Shown here: positions 24,262 through 33,839 of the stretch, piece after piece
Layout of the letters: each line of letters begins with the position of its first letter
Position numbering within the stretch: position 1 is the stretch's first letter
Assembly (NCBI GenBank): GCA_943787795.1
Contig: CALSNU010000001.1
Span: 192,001-256,000, forward strand
DNA length: 64,000 bases
DNA from: an uncultured bacterium
GTDB lineage: Bacteria > Planctomycetota > UBA1135 > GCA-002686595
Reading direction: 5' to 3'
Notes under the pieces: model-generated
What the model saw: the letters and a program-made list of their open reading frames with translations, nothing else
What the model was told of the DNA's origin: nothing
Databases searched by the model: none
Position numbers and translations under genes: made by a program

Positions 24262-25112
24262 AGCCGCGCGAGGCTGCCCGTCCGGGCCCGAGCGCGCCCT
24301 TCGGCGAGCTCCACGTCACCGTGGAGCCGGGGGGCTTCGACGGCGTGGACGCCGCCGGCCGTGGAGCGGTCCTCGCTGCGCTGCTGGAGGCGGGGCACCC
24401 CGTCTCCCGTAAGGCCGGCGCGGGCGAGGGAGCCCTCGCACGCCTGGGCGGCGACGTGGGCGTCTTGGACCGCGCACCCGAGCAGGTGGTCGAGGACGTG
24501 GCTGCGCGGCGTGAGGCCGCCGCGGCGCCGGCGCCGGGAGCGTGGACGCCGTGGTTCCCGGTCATCGACTACGACCGCTGCACGAACTGCATGCAGTGCC
24601 TCTCCTTCTGCCTGTTCGACGTGTACTCGGTGGACGGCGACGGCCGGATCACGGTCCAGAACCAGGAGAAGTGCAAGACCAGCTGCCCTGCCTGCAGCCG
24701 CGTCTGCCCCGAGGTCGCGATCCTCTTCCCCAAGTACAAGAAGGGACCCATCAACGGGGACGAGGTCAAGGCCGAGGACATCGCGTCGGAGTCCATGAAG
24801 GTGGACATCTCCTCGCTCCTGGGCGGCGACATCTACTCGGCCCTCAAGGAGCGCAGCGGCTCGGCCAAGCAGCGCTTCTCCACCGAGCGGGACGAGTCCA
24901 AGGCCCTCCTGGAGCGCAAGCGCTGCCTGAAGGAGCTCAAGGACAAGCTCGACATCCCCTCGGAGGTCCTCATGAGCCTGCCGAGCGCAGGGGACATCGA
25001 GGAGCGAGCGCGACGCGCCCGCGCCAAGCAGGAGGAGCGCATCGCGCGCTCCCGCTCGGCCCAGGACCAGAAGAAGACCGAAGGTCCGAGCACCCAGGAG
25101 TGGGACATTTGA
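24258..25112 (+). CDS. 2x[4Fe-4S] ferredoxin-domain protein
   Basis: CTNCMQCLSFC and CKTSCPACSRVCP; TTG start overlaps the upstream TGA. Confidence 0.8.
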   Translation: MKPREAARPGPSAPFGELHVTVEPGGFDGVDAAGRGAVLAALLEAGHPVSRKAGAGEGALARLGGDVGVLDRAPEQVVEDVAARREAAAAPAPGAWTPWFPVIDYDRCTNCMQCLSFCLFDVYSVDGDGRITVQNQEKCKTSCPACSRVCPEVAILFPKYKKGPINGDEVKAEDIASESMKVDISSLLGGDIYSALKERSGSAKQRFSTERDESKALLERKRCLKELKDKLDIPSEVLMSLPSAGDIEERARRARAKQEERIARSRSAQDQKKTEGPSTQEWDI

Positions 25113-26305
25113 GCGCCGCCCTCGCCATGCGCGTCCTCCGCACGACCTCCCCGAAGGTCCAGTGGAAGTTCGCCTACAACTTCGGCTGGAAGGGCATGCG
25201 CAGCGTGCAGCGCTTCAAGAGCCGCCTCAAGGAGGGGAAGGTCTTCCCGCCCTTCCTCTACATCTCGATCATCAACTCCTGCAACCTGCGCTGCCGCGGG
25301 TGCTGGGTGGACGTCGCGGCGCCCCAGAAGAAGATCAGCTTCGAGGACTTCGACCGCATGGTCACCAACGCCAAGAAGCACGGGAACCGCTTCTTCGGCA
25401 TCCTCGGTGGGGAGCCATTCCTGCACCCTGACCTGATGCGCATGCTCGCGGCGCACCCGGACTGCTACTTCCAGATCTTCACCAACGGGCAGCCGATCAC
25501 CGACGAGGTGGCCGCCGAGCTCGCGCGCCTCGGCAACGCGACGCCGCTCATCAGCGTCGAGGGCGACACCGTCGAGAGCGACGCGCGCCGCGGGCGCACG
25601 GACGTCTACGACAAGACCCTCGCGGGCATCGAGGCGGCGCTGCGACACAAGCTCCTGGTGGGCGTGGCGTCCAGCGTGTGCGCCACCAACTACGACCAGC
25701 TCGTGCGCGAGGAGTGGGTGGACAAGCTCATCGATCTGGGCGTGCACTACTGCTGGTTCCACACCTACCGCGCCGTGGGGCCAGACGCCGCCCCCGAGCT
25801 GGCGCTGACCCCCGAGCAGATCCGCAGCACCCGCCAGTTCGCCGTGGACATGCGCAACCGCAAGGCCATCGGCTTCGTGGACGCCTACTGGGACGACAAG
25901 GGCCAGGCCCTGTGCCCCGCTGCCATCGGGATCAGCCACCACATCTCGCCCTACGGGGACGTGGAGCCCTGCCCGATCGTCCAGTACGCCACCGAGCGCA
26001 TCCAGGACAACGACGGCGACATCTACAAGACGCTCACCGAGTCCAAGATGCTCGAGGACTTCCGGCGCACCGCCGCGGAGACCACCCGAGGCTGCATCGT
26101 GCTCGAGGCCCCCGACAAGCTGGCCGAGGTGGGCCGGCGCCACGGCGCCCGCGACACCACCGCCCGGGGCGACGCCTTCGAAGAATATGACCGGATGGAG
26201 TCCCGGCCGAGCCAGCACGACCCGGGCAATGAGATCCCCGAGAAGCACTGGATGTATCGCTTCGCCAAGAAGCACTGGTTCTTCGGGTTCGGCGCCTACA
26301 CCTGA
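25109..26305 (+). CDS. Radical SAM protein with SPASM/twitch-like C-terminus
   Basis: CNLRCRGC, GGEP, FTNG, ISVEG, CPAA..HISPYGDVEPCP. Confidence 0.88.
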   Translation: MSAALAMRVLRTTSPKVQWKFAYNFGWKGMRSVQRFKSRLKEGKVFPPFLYISIINSCNLRCRGCWVDVAAPQKKISFEDFDRMVTNAKKHGNRFFGILGGEPFLHPDLMRMLAAHPDCYFQIFTNGQPITDEVAAELARLGNATPLISVEGDTVESDARRGRTDVYDKTLAGIEAALRHKLLVGVASSVCATNYDQLVREEWVDKLIDLGVHYCWFHTYRAVGPDAAPELALTPEQIRSTRQFAVDMRNRKAIGFVDAYWDDKGQALCPAAIGISHHISPYGDVEPCPIVQYATERIQDNDGDIYKTLTESKMLEDFRRTAAETTRGCIVLEAPDKLAEVGRRHGARDTTARGDAFEEYDRMESRPSQHDPGNEIPEKHWMYRFAKKHWFFGFGAYT

Positions 26306-26419
26306 GCCTGCCGGCGGGCGGCGGCCCGTGTACAGGTTGTTCAGCCCCGGCGGCGTTTCAGCGCACCCGGAGCATCGAGCCCCTAGAATGCGACGAAGCC
26401 TTCCCCGGACGCCACGACG

Positions 26420-28273
26420 ATGAACCCGCCCCCCGATCCCGCCACCGCCTCCCCCGACGCGCCGACCGAGGCCGCTCCGGAGGCGACCCCCGCGATCCGG
26501 AGCACCCTCTCCGGCGGCGAGACCCGGGTGCAGCTACCCCGCCGTTTGCCCATCGTCCGTGAGCGCACGACCCAGTCCAACATCCCGAACGAGCGCGCCA
26601 CCCGCGACCGTTTGCGGAGCCTCGCCGCGGCGCTGGTCGCCGAGCGAGCGGTCGTCGCACCCGCCTCGATCCTGCAGCTGCGGGAGCTGGCCGTGGAGGT
26701 CATCCGGCGCGCCGATGTGGACGACGTCTTCATCGACTACACCGCGGTCCTCCTGAACAACGAGGTCTGGCGGGACGAGCTGGCCCAGGTGCCCTACGAG
26801 CGGCGCCTGCTGCTCCTCCCCAAGTGCCTGCGGGTCGAGGAACACTGCCCCGCCCCCTTCGACGAGTTCGGGATGCTGTGCAAGGAGTGCGGCCTGTGCT
26901 CCATCGAGGACTTCACGCGCGAGGCCGAGGAGCTCGGCTACGCGGTGCTCATCGCAGAGGGCTCGGCCATCGTCACGGCCATGGTGGAGACCGGCAAGAT
27001 CGACGCCATCGTGGGGGTCTCTTGCCTCAACGTGCTGGAGAAGTGCTTCCCGCACATGGAGCGGGTGGCGATCCCGGGCATGTCGATCCCGCTGCTCCAG
27101 GACGACTGCATCGACACGAACGTGGACGTGGACCAGGTCCGCGACCTCATTCACCTCACCGCCGAGGACCGCACCTACCGCCTCGACCTCGAGGGGCTCA
27201 AGGGCGACGTCCGCGCCTGGTTCAAGCGCGACGCGCTGGACGAGGTCATGGGCCCCGCCGCCGGGGTGGACCCCGCCACGGACGACCTGGCACGGGACTG
27301 GCTCGCGCGCGACGGCAAGCGCTGGCGACCCTATCTCGCGACCGCGATCTGGATGGCCCTGGAGAGCGAGGGCCGCGCCGAGGCGCCGGCCTTCACCGCG
27401 GACGTGCGCAAGCTCGCGGTGGCCATCGAATGCTTCCACAAGGCGTCGCTGATCCACGACGACATCGAGGACGGGGACGACGTGCGCTACGGCGCGCCCA
27501 CGCTGCACGCCGAGCACGGCGTCGCGGTGGCCATCAACATCGGGGACCTGCTCCTCGGTGAGGGCTACCGCCTGCTGGGCGAGCTCGAGGTCGTGGGTGA
27601 GACCCGCGCCCAGCTCCTGTCCGTCGCGGCCCAGGGCCACGCGACGCTCTCGCGCGGCCAGGGCGCCGAGCTCAACTGGGCACGGGCGCCGCGGCCCCTC
27701 AGCTCCCTGGAGGTCCTCGGGATCTTCCGGGAGAAGACGGCGCCGGCCTTCGAGGTCGCCCTGCGCCAGGGCGCGCTCCTCGCGGGCGCCGCGCCGGAGG
27801 TGCTCGAGGTGCTCGGGCCTTACAGCGAGGCCCTCGGCATCGCCTACCAGATCCACGATGACCTGGACGACTTCACCGGCGAGGGCGACTCGGACGACCT
27901 GGCCGACCTGCGCCCCTCGCTGATCATGGCCATCGCCCACAAGCGGGCGGCCGGCGGCGATGCCGAGGCCATGCTGGACGCGATCTGGCGCAAGGAGCGC
28001 CCCGTGGGCTCCCCCGGCTCCGACGAGCGGCTGGCCCTGGAGGCGCGCCTTGGGGAGTGGGGCGTCGTCCAGAAGGCCCGCGACCTCGCGGACGCCTACG
28101 AGGTGGCGGCGGTGGAGTCGCTGACACCGCTCCAGCACCCCAGCGTCAAGGGGCTCCTGCGCCGGGTCGTGGGCAAGATCTTCGGGGAGGGTGACCTCAT
28201 CGAGGGCTACTGCTCCGAGTTCGAGGCGCTGAACCGGTCTCGCCAGGAAGAGGCGCCGAAGACGACCGCTTGA
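26420..28273 (+). CDS. DUF116-like Cys-rich domain fused to a trans-isoprenyl diphosphate synthase
   Basis: N-terminal RLLLLPKCLR..CPA..CKECGLC..VGVSC..C; C-terminal GKRWRP, DDIED (FARM), GQ, KT, DDLDD (SARM). Confidence 0.88.
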   Translation: MNPPPDPATASPDAPTEAAPEATPAIRSTLSGGETRVQLPRRLPIVRERTTQSNIPNERATRDRLRSLAAALVAERAVVAPASILQLRELAVEVIRRADVDDVFIDYTAVLLNNEVWRDELAQVPYERRLLLLPKCLRVEEHCPAPFDEFGMLCKECGLCSIEDFTREAEELGYAVLIAEGSAIVTAMVETGKIDAIVGVSCLNVLEKCFPHMERVAIPGMSIPLLQDDCIDTNVDVDQVRDLIHLTAEDRTYRLDLEGLKGDVRAWFKRDALDEVMGPAAGVDPATDDLARDWLARDGKRWRPYLATAIWMALESEGRAEAPAFTADVRKLAVAIECFHKASLIHDDIEDGDDVRYGAPTLHAEHGVAVAINIGDLLLGEGYRLLGELEVVGETRAQLLSVAAQGHATLSRGQGAELNWARAPRPLSSLEVLGIFREKTAPAFEVALRQGALLAGAAPEVLEVLGPYSEALGIAYQIHDDLDDFTGEGDSDDLADLRPSLIMAIAHKRAAGGDAEAMLDAIWRKERPVGSPGSDERLALEARLGEWGVVQKARDLADAYEVAAVESLTPLQHPSVKGLLRRVVGKIFGEGDLIEGYCSEFEALNRSRQEEAPKTTA

Positions 28274-29148
28274 GCCTCCGCCTCGAGATGCTGCAGGTGG
28301 CCCGGCTCGCGCCGGGTGTGCTTGGTGGAGCCACGCCAAAGGTGGCAGAGTTCGTGCGCTCGCAGCTCACCGCCGAGGGCGGGGGCATGGATCGCGCCGG
28401 GAAGCCGGACCTCTACTACACGGCGTTCCTGCTCGATGCGCTGGTCGCGCTCTCGGAGGAGCTGCCCGCCGACCAGGTGCGCCCCTACCTCCAGACGTTC
28501 GGTGACGGGGAGGACCTTGACCTGGTGCACCGCGCGTGCCTGGTGCGTTGTTGGGCCGCCCTGGGAGAGGGCTGGCCGAGTGAGACCTTTGTCAGCTCGA
28601 TCACCGAGCACCTCGCGCGCTGCCGGAGCGCAGACGGCTCCTTCGGCATGGACCCAGGCCGCGCGCGCGGCACGCTCTACGACGCGTTCCTCGCGCTCGG
28701 CGTCTACCAGGACCTGGGTGTCCCGATGCCCGCGCCGGTGGTGCTCGGCGCGGCCATGGTGGAGCTCCGAACGCCGGATGGCGGCTTCTCCAACGAGAGC
28801 GAGCTGAGGTGGGGGATGGGTCCCTCCACCGCCGCGGCGGTCGCGGTCCTCTCTCAGCTCGAGCTCCCGGTGCCCGACGACGTCGCCCCCTGGCTCCTCT
28901 CGCAGATCCATCCCAAGGGCGGCTTCAAGGCGATTCCCGACGCGCCCATGCCGGACCTGCTCTCCACGGCGACGATCCTCCACGCCCTGGGGATCCTCGG
29001 CGCGGACATCGGGGGCGCGAAGGAGCTGTGCCTCGACTACCTCGACACCCTCTGGAACGGCCAGAGCTTCTACGGCCACTGGGCCGAGGAGGAGCTGGAC
29101 GTGGAGTACACCTTCTACGCGCTGCTCGCCCTCGGGCACCTGTCCTGA
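28270..29148 (+). CDS. Prenyltransferase/squalene-oxidase-repeat (alpha-alpha barrel) protein
   Basis: QW-like repeats (QLTAEGG, RSADGSF, RTPDGGF, QIHPKGGF); DLYYT and DVEYTFY. Confidence 0.75.
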   Translation: MSLRLEMLQVARLAPGVLGGATPKVAEFVRSQLTAEGGGMDRAGKPDLYYTAFLLDALVALSEELPADQVRPYLQTFGDGEDLDLVHRACLVRCWAALGEGWPSETFVSSITEHLARCRSADGSFGMDPGRARGTLYDAFLALGVYQDLGVPMPAPVVLGAAMVELRTPDGGFSNESELRWGMGPSTAAAVAVLSQLELPVPDDVAPWLLSQIHPKGGFKAIPDAPMPDLLSTATILHALGILGADIGGAKELCLDYLDTLWNGQSFYGHWAEEELDVEYTFYALLALGHLS

Positions 29149-29282
29149 ACCCACGAGGGGCGCCAGCTGGGCGGGCGGCGCGCTGGCCCTCAAGGCCCGC
29201 GGCCAAGGAGCGGGAGGCGCCGCCAGGGGCCAGCAGGGGTGGTGTCCTTCTGGTTTCAGCGACCGGCCCTTAGGGTCGAGAC

Positions 29283-31691
29283 ATGAAGCTCCTCGCCTTG
29301 GCCCCGTCGATTGCCCTCTCTCTCGCGGCGATCATCGTCGCGGCCCCGGCTGCCGCTCAGGGCGCCGACCTCTGCGTCTTCGCCCAGCCGATCACGGCCA
29401 CGGGGGCTTTCCCCGTGGACACCTCCCTCGCCGCGACCGACGGCCCCGCGAACGGCTGCGGTGAGAACGGCCAGATCCACAACGACGTGTGGTTCCGGTG
29501 GACGAGCACCGTGAGCGGGACGGTGCAGATGGACACCTGCGCCGCGGCGACCTTCGACACGACCGTGGCGGTCTACCCCGACGAGAGCTGCGCGACGGCG
29601 GCGCCGATCGTGTGCAACGACGACCAGTGCGCGCTCCGCTCGAGGGTGGCGTTCACCGCGGTGGCGGGAGTGGATTACCTCGTCCGGGTCGGGGGCTGGA
29701 ACGACGTGGCGCGCGGGACGGCGACGCTCACCATCAGCTCGGTGACGGGGGTCTCGAACGACACCTGCGCGAACCCCGCGCCCATCACGGGCTTCGGCGT
29801 CTTCCCGATGGACACCACCCAGGCCATGACGGAGGGCGTGGCGGACGGCTGCGGCTCGGGCGGCCAGATCTACCGGGACGTGTGGTACCTGTGGACCGCG
29901 ACCGTGGACGGGTCCACCGAGGTCAACACCTGCCAGGCGAGCTTCGACACGACGATCGCCGTCTATGACGGCGCGGCGTGCCCCACGGCGGCGCCCATCG
30001 CCTGCAACGACGACGCCTGCAGTATCCAGACGCGCGTGACCTTCCCGGCCATCGCAGGCAACACCTACCTGCTCCGAATGGGGGGCTTCAACGAGTCGGC
30101 GGGCGGCGTCTTCGACGCGACGATCAGCGCGGGGAGCGGGGTCAACTGCTCCTCACCGCCAGCGGGTCCGGACGTGATCATCGGCGACCTGCCGGCCATC
30201 CAGAGCTACGGCGGCGCGGCCGAGATGAGCGCCTTCGCCCTCGCCACCACCGCCTGCAACGTGGGGGACGCCACCATGAACTGGAACGGGAGCAACCGCT
30301 TCCACCCGGTCATCGGCCAGAACCTCTACCGCATCGAGGACGGCGCGATCCGGCAGCTCGGGATGTCCTGGCTCAAGCACGGCTTCGCCTCGGCCACGGG
30401 GAGCCTGTGCTGCACCTGCATCAACCCCGGCTCGAACCAGATCATGGGTGTCGGCTGCTCGGACCCCTATGGCGCCAGCATCAACGGCGCCCAGAGCGGG
30501 CTCGGGCCGCGCTCGGAGGTGAACCCCTGGACCGGGCTGTTCGCCTACCCCTTCGGGACCCAGGGCCAGACGGGTGACGTGATCTACAAGCGCCTGCAGG
30601 TGCCCACCCAGGACGTGGACCCGGCGCTTCACCCGGCGGCGCGGTACGTCGTCGAGGGTCAGTACGTGACCCCGGACGACGCCCAGGCCGGGAACCAGAA
30701 CAACAACTGTTCGTGGGCGGACGCCCAGCCCAGCGGGCCGGTCGCGGGGGGCCTGGGGCTCGCGATCTCGGGGGCCACGAGCGTGGGGGAGCCGGCGATC
30801 TTCGCCTGGCGAGCGGACGACCCGGAGGTGCAGATCTCGACCGTCGCGGCGGCGGGGGACGGGGTGATCCACGTGGGCTCCCGCGCCCATGACAACGGGG
30901 ACGGGACCTGGCGCTACGAGTACGCCGTGCACAACGAGACCTCGGCGCGCGCCGCCCGGAGCCTGCGGGTCCCGGTGGCGGCGGGGAGCACGGTCACGGG
31001 CGCGGCGTTCCACGACGTGGACTATCACTCTGGCGAGCCCTACGACGGGACCGACTGGGCGTTCACTGTCGCGGCGGGCGCCATGGAGTGGGCCACGCCA
31101 GGGCACGCCGTGAACCCGGACGGCAACGCCCTGCGCTGGGGGACGCTGTACGGCTTCACCGTCACGGCGAGCGCGCCGCCGGTGGCGGGCGCGGTGGACC
31201 TGGAGCTGTTCGTGCCGGGGCTCGAGAACCTGCTCACCGCCGCGGCCATCGTCCCCGGGGTGCCGGTGTTGGGGGAGCGCTACTGCTCGCCCGCGATCGT
31301 CAACTCCAGCGGGGCGCCCGCCGTACTCCGAGCCCTCGGGAGCGCCGTGGTCGCCGACGATGACCTGACGCTCGAGGCGAGCTCCATGCCCCTCCACACC
31401 TCGGGCTACATGCTCGCGTCCCTGGACGAGGGCTTCGCCGCCCAGCCGGGGGGGAGCCAGGGCAACCTCTGCCTCGGCGGCGCCATCGCGCGCTTCCGCT
31501 CCCAGGTGATGAGCTCGGGCGCCGAGGGTCGCTTCTCGATCCCCGTGGACCTCGCGGCGATCCCGATCACGCCGCCCACCGCGGTCCTCCCCGGGGAGAC
31601 CTGGCGGTTCCAGTGCTGGTTCCGCGACCAGCTGGTCTTCGGCATCACCTCGTCGAACTTCACGGACGCCGTGCGGGTCACCTTCGAATAG
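29283..31691 (+). CDS. Large secreted multidomain protein with conserved C-terminal domain
   Basis: Signal peptide; two Cys-rich DVW...FDT..AVY...CNDD repeats; HPVIGQNLYR...SWLKHGF domain; C-terminal YCSPA..NSSG...GETWRFQCWFRD...FTDAVRVTF. Confidence 0.75.
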   Translation: MKLLALAPSIALSLAAIIVAAPAAAQGADLCVFAQPITATGAFPVDTSLAATDGPANGCGENGQIHNDVWFRWTSTVSGTVQMDTCAAATFDTTVAVYPDESCATAAPIVCNDDQCALRSRVAFTAVAGVDYLVRVGGWNDVARGTATLTISSVTGVSNDTCANPAPITGFGVFPMDTTQAMTEGVADGCGSGGQIYRDVWYLWTATVDGSTEVNTCQASFDTTIAVYDGAACPTAAPIACNDDACSIQTRVTFPAIAGNTYLLRMGGFNESAGGVFDATISAGSGVNCSSPPAGPDVIIGDLPAIQSYGGAAEMSAFALATTACNVGDATMNWNGSNRFHPVIGQNLYRIEDGAIRQLGMSWLKHGFASATGSLCCTCINPGSNQIMGVGCSDPYGASINGAQSGLGPRSEVNPWTGLFAYPFGTQGQTGDVIYKRLQVPTQDVDPALHPAARYVVEGQYVTPDDAQAGNQNNNCSWADAQPSGPVAGGLGLAISGATSVGEPAIFAWRADDPEVQISTVAAAGDGVIHVGSRAHDNGDGTWRYEYAVHNETSARAARSLRVPVAAGSTVTGAAFHDVDYHSGEPYDGTDWAFTVAAGAMEWATPGHAVNPDGNALRWGTLYGFTVTASAPPVAGAVDLELFVPGLENLLTAAAIVPGVPVLGERYCSPAIVNSSGAPAVLRALGSAVVADDDLTLEASSMPLHTSGYMLASLDEGFAAQPGGSQGNLCLGGAIARFRSQVMSSGAEGRFSIPVDLAAIPITPPTAVLPGETWRFQCWFRDQLVFGITSSNFTDAVRVTFE

Positions 31692-31759
31692 GGGGCGTCC
31701 GGCCGAGGGGGGGCGGCGGCGCGCCGTCGAGCCCGCCGCCGCCCGTATACTCCTGCTCC

Positions 31760-33646
31760 ATGGGGGCACCCCTCGATCCCGACGGCCTCCTCTGGCTCGA
31801 CGACGCGCTCGGCCGGGCGCGGGCGTCGCTGCTCGATCGCCGCGGAGACGCCGGCCATTGGAGGGGGGAGCTCTCCTCCAGCGCGCTCTCCACCTCCACG
31901 GCGGTGGCGGCCCTGGCGGGCGCGGCCGGCGCCCTCCCCGTCGGGTCTCCCGAGCGCGCCGACCTCCAGGGGCTCGCCGAGCGCGGACGGGCATGGCTCG
32001 CCGCGAACCCGTCCCCGGACGGCGGCTTCGGGGACACCACCGATTCCCCGAGCAACCTCTCCACCACCGCGCTCGCGTGGATGGCGCTCGGGCCGGGCCT
32101 CGGGCTGCCCGCCGACGAGGCCGTGGAGCGGGCGTGGACCCGCGCGGACGGCTGGCTCAGGGAGGCCCTGGGCGGGGCGCGCCCGGACTCCACTCGCCTC
32201 GCGGCTGCGCTGGAGGAGATCTACGGCGAGGACCGCACCTTCGCCGTGCCGATCCTGGCGGCCTGCACCATCGGTGGCGCCTTCGCGGAGGACCCCGACC
32301 CCTGGAGGGTGGTGCGCCCCCTGCCCTTCGAGGTCGCGGCGCTGCCCCAGGGGCTGTTCCGGTTCCTGGGTCTCCCGGTCGTGAGCTACGCGCTGCCTGC
32401 GCTGATCGCCATCGGCCAGGGGATCGCCCACCACCGGCCGAGCCGCAACCCCGTCGCTCGCCTCCTGCGCCGGGCCCTGGCGCCGCGCACGCTCCGGGTG
32501 CTCACGGGGATCCAGCCCGAGAACGGCGGCTTCCTCGAGGCGACGCCGCTCACGAGCTTCGTCACGCTCTCCCTGGTGGCGATCGGCGAGGTCCAACATC
32601 AGGTGGTCTCCCGGGGCCTCTCGTTCCTTCGGGCGTCCGTCCGCGCGGACGGGTCCTGGCCCATTGACACCGACCTCGCCACCTGGGGGACGACCCTCTC
32701 GGTGGGGGCGCTCGGCGCGGGCTTCGAGGGCGCCGAGCGCATCAAGGGGTGGCTCCTCGATCAGCAGCACACCGTGCGGCACCCGTTCACCGGCGCGGCC
32801 CCGGGGGGCTGGGCCTGGACCGACCTCCCCGGCGGCGTGCCGGACGCGGACGACACGCCGGGAGCCCTGATCGCCCTCCGACTCCTCGAGGGGGACACGC
32901 CCTCGCCCGGGGCGCGCGCGGCGGCCGCCGCGGGGCTCCGCTGGTTGGTCGATCTGCAGAACCGGGACGGCGGCATCCCGACCTTCTGCAGGGGGTGGGG
33001 CCGGCTCCCCTTCGACCAGAGCTGCGCGGACCTCACCGCCCATGCGCTGCGGGCGTTCGACGTGTGGGAGGGTGCACTCGGTGGGGCGGCGGCGGAGGAC
33101 CTCGGCCGCCGGATGGAGCGAGCGCGGGCCCGGGCCGTCGGGTTCCTCGTCCGGCGGCAGTCCCCCGACGGCTCGTGGACCCCGCTCTGGTTCGGCAACC
33201 AGGAGCACCCGGAGAAGCTCAACCCCCTCTACGGCACCAGCCGCGTCCTGCGCGCGGCCGGGGTTCGGGTCGCCGGAGGATCCGCCGAGGGCTGGCGGGC
33301 CGCCCTCGAGCGGGGGGCCGCGTGGCTGCGGTCCGCCCAGGGCGCCGACGGCGGCTTCGGCGGCGCCCCGGGGCTCACCCCGACCGTCGAGGAGACCGGC
33401 CTCGCGCTCGAGGCCCTGGTGGACCTCGTGGAGGCTGGCCTGGGGGAGGAGGGTGACCTCGACCGGGTCCGCCGCGCCGCCCGCTGGCTCACCGAGCGGA
33501 CCGACGGCGGCCGATCGTTCCCGCGCACGCCCATCGGGCTCTACTTCGCGCAGCTCTGGTACCACGAGGAGCTCTACCCGGTGGTCTTCACCGCCTCCGG
33601 CCTCGGCGCCGCGCGCCGGCTCCTGGGGCCGTCAGCCCGGAGTTGA
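31760..33646 (+). CDS. Class II terpene cyclase (squalene-hopene cyclase-like, divergent)
   Basis: GHWRGEL; GGWAW...PDADDT (DxDD); LQNRDGG; QSPDGSW..LWFG; QGADGGFG; ET..AL.AL; IGLYFA.LWY. Confidence 0.85.
   Translation: MGAPLDPDGLLWLDDALGRARASLLDRRGDAGHWRGELSSSALSTSTAVAALAGAAGALPVGSPERADLQGLAERGRAWLAANPSPDGGFGDTTDSPSNLSTTALAWMALGPGLGLPADEAVERAWTRADGWLREALGGARPDSTRLAAALEEIYGEDRTFAVPILAACTIGGAFAEDPDPWRVVRPLPFEVAALPQGLFRFLGLPVVSYALPALIAIGQGIAHHRPSRNPVARLLRRALAPRTLRVLTGIQPENGGFLEATPLTSFVTLSLVAIGEVQHQVVSRGLSFLRASVRADGSWPIDTDLATWGTTLSVGALGAGFEGAERIKGWLLDQQHTVRHPFTGAAPGGWAWTDLPGGVPDADDTPGALIALRLLEGDTPSPGARAAAAAGLRWLVDLQNRDGGIPTFCRGWGRLPFDQSCADLTAHALRAFDVWEGALGGAAAEDLGRRMERARARAVGFLVRRQSPDGSWTPLWFGNQEHPEKLNPLYGTSRVLRAAGVRVAGGSAEGWRAALERGAAWLRSAQGADGGFGGAPGLTPTVEETGLALEALVDLVEAGLGEEGDLDRVRRAARWLTERTDGGRSFPRTPIGLYFAQLWYHEELYPVVFTASGLGAARRLLGPSARS
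33464..33626 (+). repeat. Direct repeat copy 1 (3' end of the cyclase gene)
   Basis: 163 bp, highly similar to 34202-34364 (offset 738). Confidence 0.92.
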
Positions 33647-33839
33647 CGCGTCCGAGGGGGCCCTCCCGCCGTGACCGTGTCGTCGAGGCCCAGGGCGACG
33701 TCTATGGTCCGCCAGGTCCGCCGGCGGCCTCCGCCGCTCCGCGGATGTGAGAAGTTCTGGGCAAACACGGGGAAGAGCGCGCCGAATGCGGCGTCCCCAG
33801 AACATCCCAAACGCCCCGCGCCCTCTCGCCTCCGGTCCC

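Noticed and set aside
25109..26305. RiPP or PQQ maturase (PqqE-like)
   Set aside because: No precursor peptide, PqqD/RRE domain or pqqB/C seen; neighbours are isoprenoid enzymes
31760..33646. Canonical hopanoid (shc/hpn) locus
   Set aside because: No hpnC/D/E/G/H neighbours and the cyclase is divergent, so the symbol shc was withheld
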